From: Octopus bimaculoides
Taxonomy: Eukaryota
DNA length: 34,510 bases
Assembly: GCF_001194135.2 (NCBI RefSeq)
Contig: NC_068993.1
Span: forward strand, 34,914,734-34,949,243
Reading direction: 5' to 3'
In this document: one piece after another, positions 33,858 through 34,510 of the stretch
Position numbering within the stretch: the first letter of the stretch is position 1
How the letters are laid out: every line of letters begins with the position of its first letter
Notes under the pieces: model-generated
What the model was told of the DNA's origin: nothing
The model's input: only the letters and a program-made list of their open reading frames with translations
The model's database searches: none
Position numbers and translations under genes: made by a program

Positions 33858-34468
33858 TGTAAAAACATGAACATGACATACAAATGGGAGACATCTAGGA
33901 GCATTGCGGAAAGACTAAATGAATATTTAAAATAATATGACGACAAAAAAAAACAGTCCTCCAGACACTACCAACACGCCAAGCAACAACATGAAAGCAA
34001 CCTGGGTCAACTTGACATCCGCATTTTATCCAAGCACCCAAAGGACCCAACACTCAGACAAATACAGGAATACGTCCTCATAAATGAAACATCCCCAGTA
34101 CTAAATAAGAAATACACGTAGTAGCTAATCACACTCCCATACCCACAGTTTATATTTATATACTGGTAGAATAGTTAGTGAGCTGTTATGTAGGTGTATG
34201 TATGTGTGTATGTGTATATATGTATGTAGGCAAATGAATATGAATGTAAACAAATAGACATACAGACGGATAGGTACACAGGTAATAGAAACAGACAAGT
34301 ACACATACACACACATAAACATACTCAGACATGCAAGGAGACAGAGGTACACACACACACACACACACACAAACATGCAAACACACACACATGCATACGT
34401 ACACACATACATACATAGATACATGTGTATGTGCAAACACACTGACCCACACACATGCGCACAAAAAA
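33858..34468 (+). mobile_element. Second, more decayed copy of the same Penelope 3' end, head-to-head with the first
   Basis: NMTYKWETSRSIAERLNEYLK*...DIRILSKHPKDPTLRQIQEYVLINETSPVLNKKYT*, followed by the same CA/TG-rich UTR. Confidence 0.88.
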
Positions 34469-34510
34469 ACTTACTGTACACAGTTGTTTTATATATATAT
34501 ATATATATAT

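Larger units (their letters stand above)
32196..33870 (-). mobile_element. Penelope-like element 3' part (linker, GIY-YIG, low-complexity 3' UTR), interrupted by an RTE fragment and a fold-back insertion
   Basis: Translation: FTRELARRF...VVEKPG...C..DNCMIC...NCRTRNVIYSIRC...TYTGETSRSIAERLNEH...RQIQEYVLI (GIY-YIG with RxxEH). 32196-33070 is the reverse complement of the UTR seen at 34176-34468. Confidence 0.88.

Overview
AT-rich, microsatellite-dense eukaryotic (animal) genomic DNA from a short-read scaffold. There are six N-gaps; five abut (TA)n or (CA)n tracts. The repeat repertoire suggests a coleoid cephalopod, probably Octopus; this is inferred from composition and remembered SINE consensus, not from a search. 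I found no confidently supported host gene, rRNA, tRNA or CRISPR array, and most long ORFs in the track are microsatellite or N artefacts. The window is mostly decayed transposable elements: several tRNA-type SINEs of at least two families, an internally deleted mariner (10.9-11.8 kb), a near-full-length R4/Dong-clade non-LTR element with RT, CCHC and RLE domains (18.3-22.4 kb, minus), a Helitron-like non-autonomous composite (22.6-24.1 kb), two different GIY-YIG Penelope-like families (24.9-26.3 kb and 32.2-34.5 kb), a CR1-type 3' fragment, three RTE-clade pieces (one about 3.2 kb) and three MITE-like palindromes. The strongest signal the annotations do not explain is recurrent fold-back inversion. 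Perfect inverted copies of adjacent sequence occur at 8544-8628 (41-bp arms), 27008-27059 (23-bp arms, at a LINE 5' truncation) and 33072-33531 (209-bp arms plus a 40-bp tandem duplication). The last sits inside an older head-to-head Penelope pair. These may be real template-switch events or assembly/library artefacts. I cannot claim a new biological system from sequence alone.
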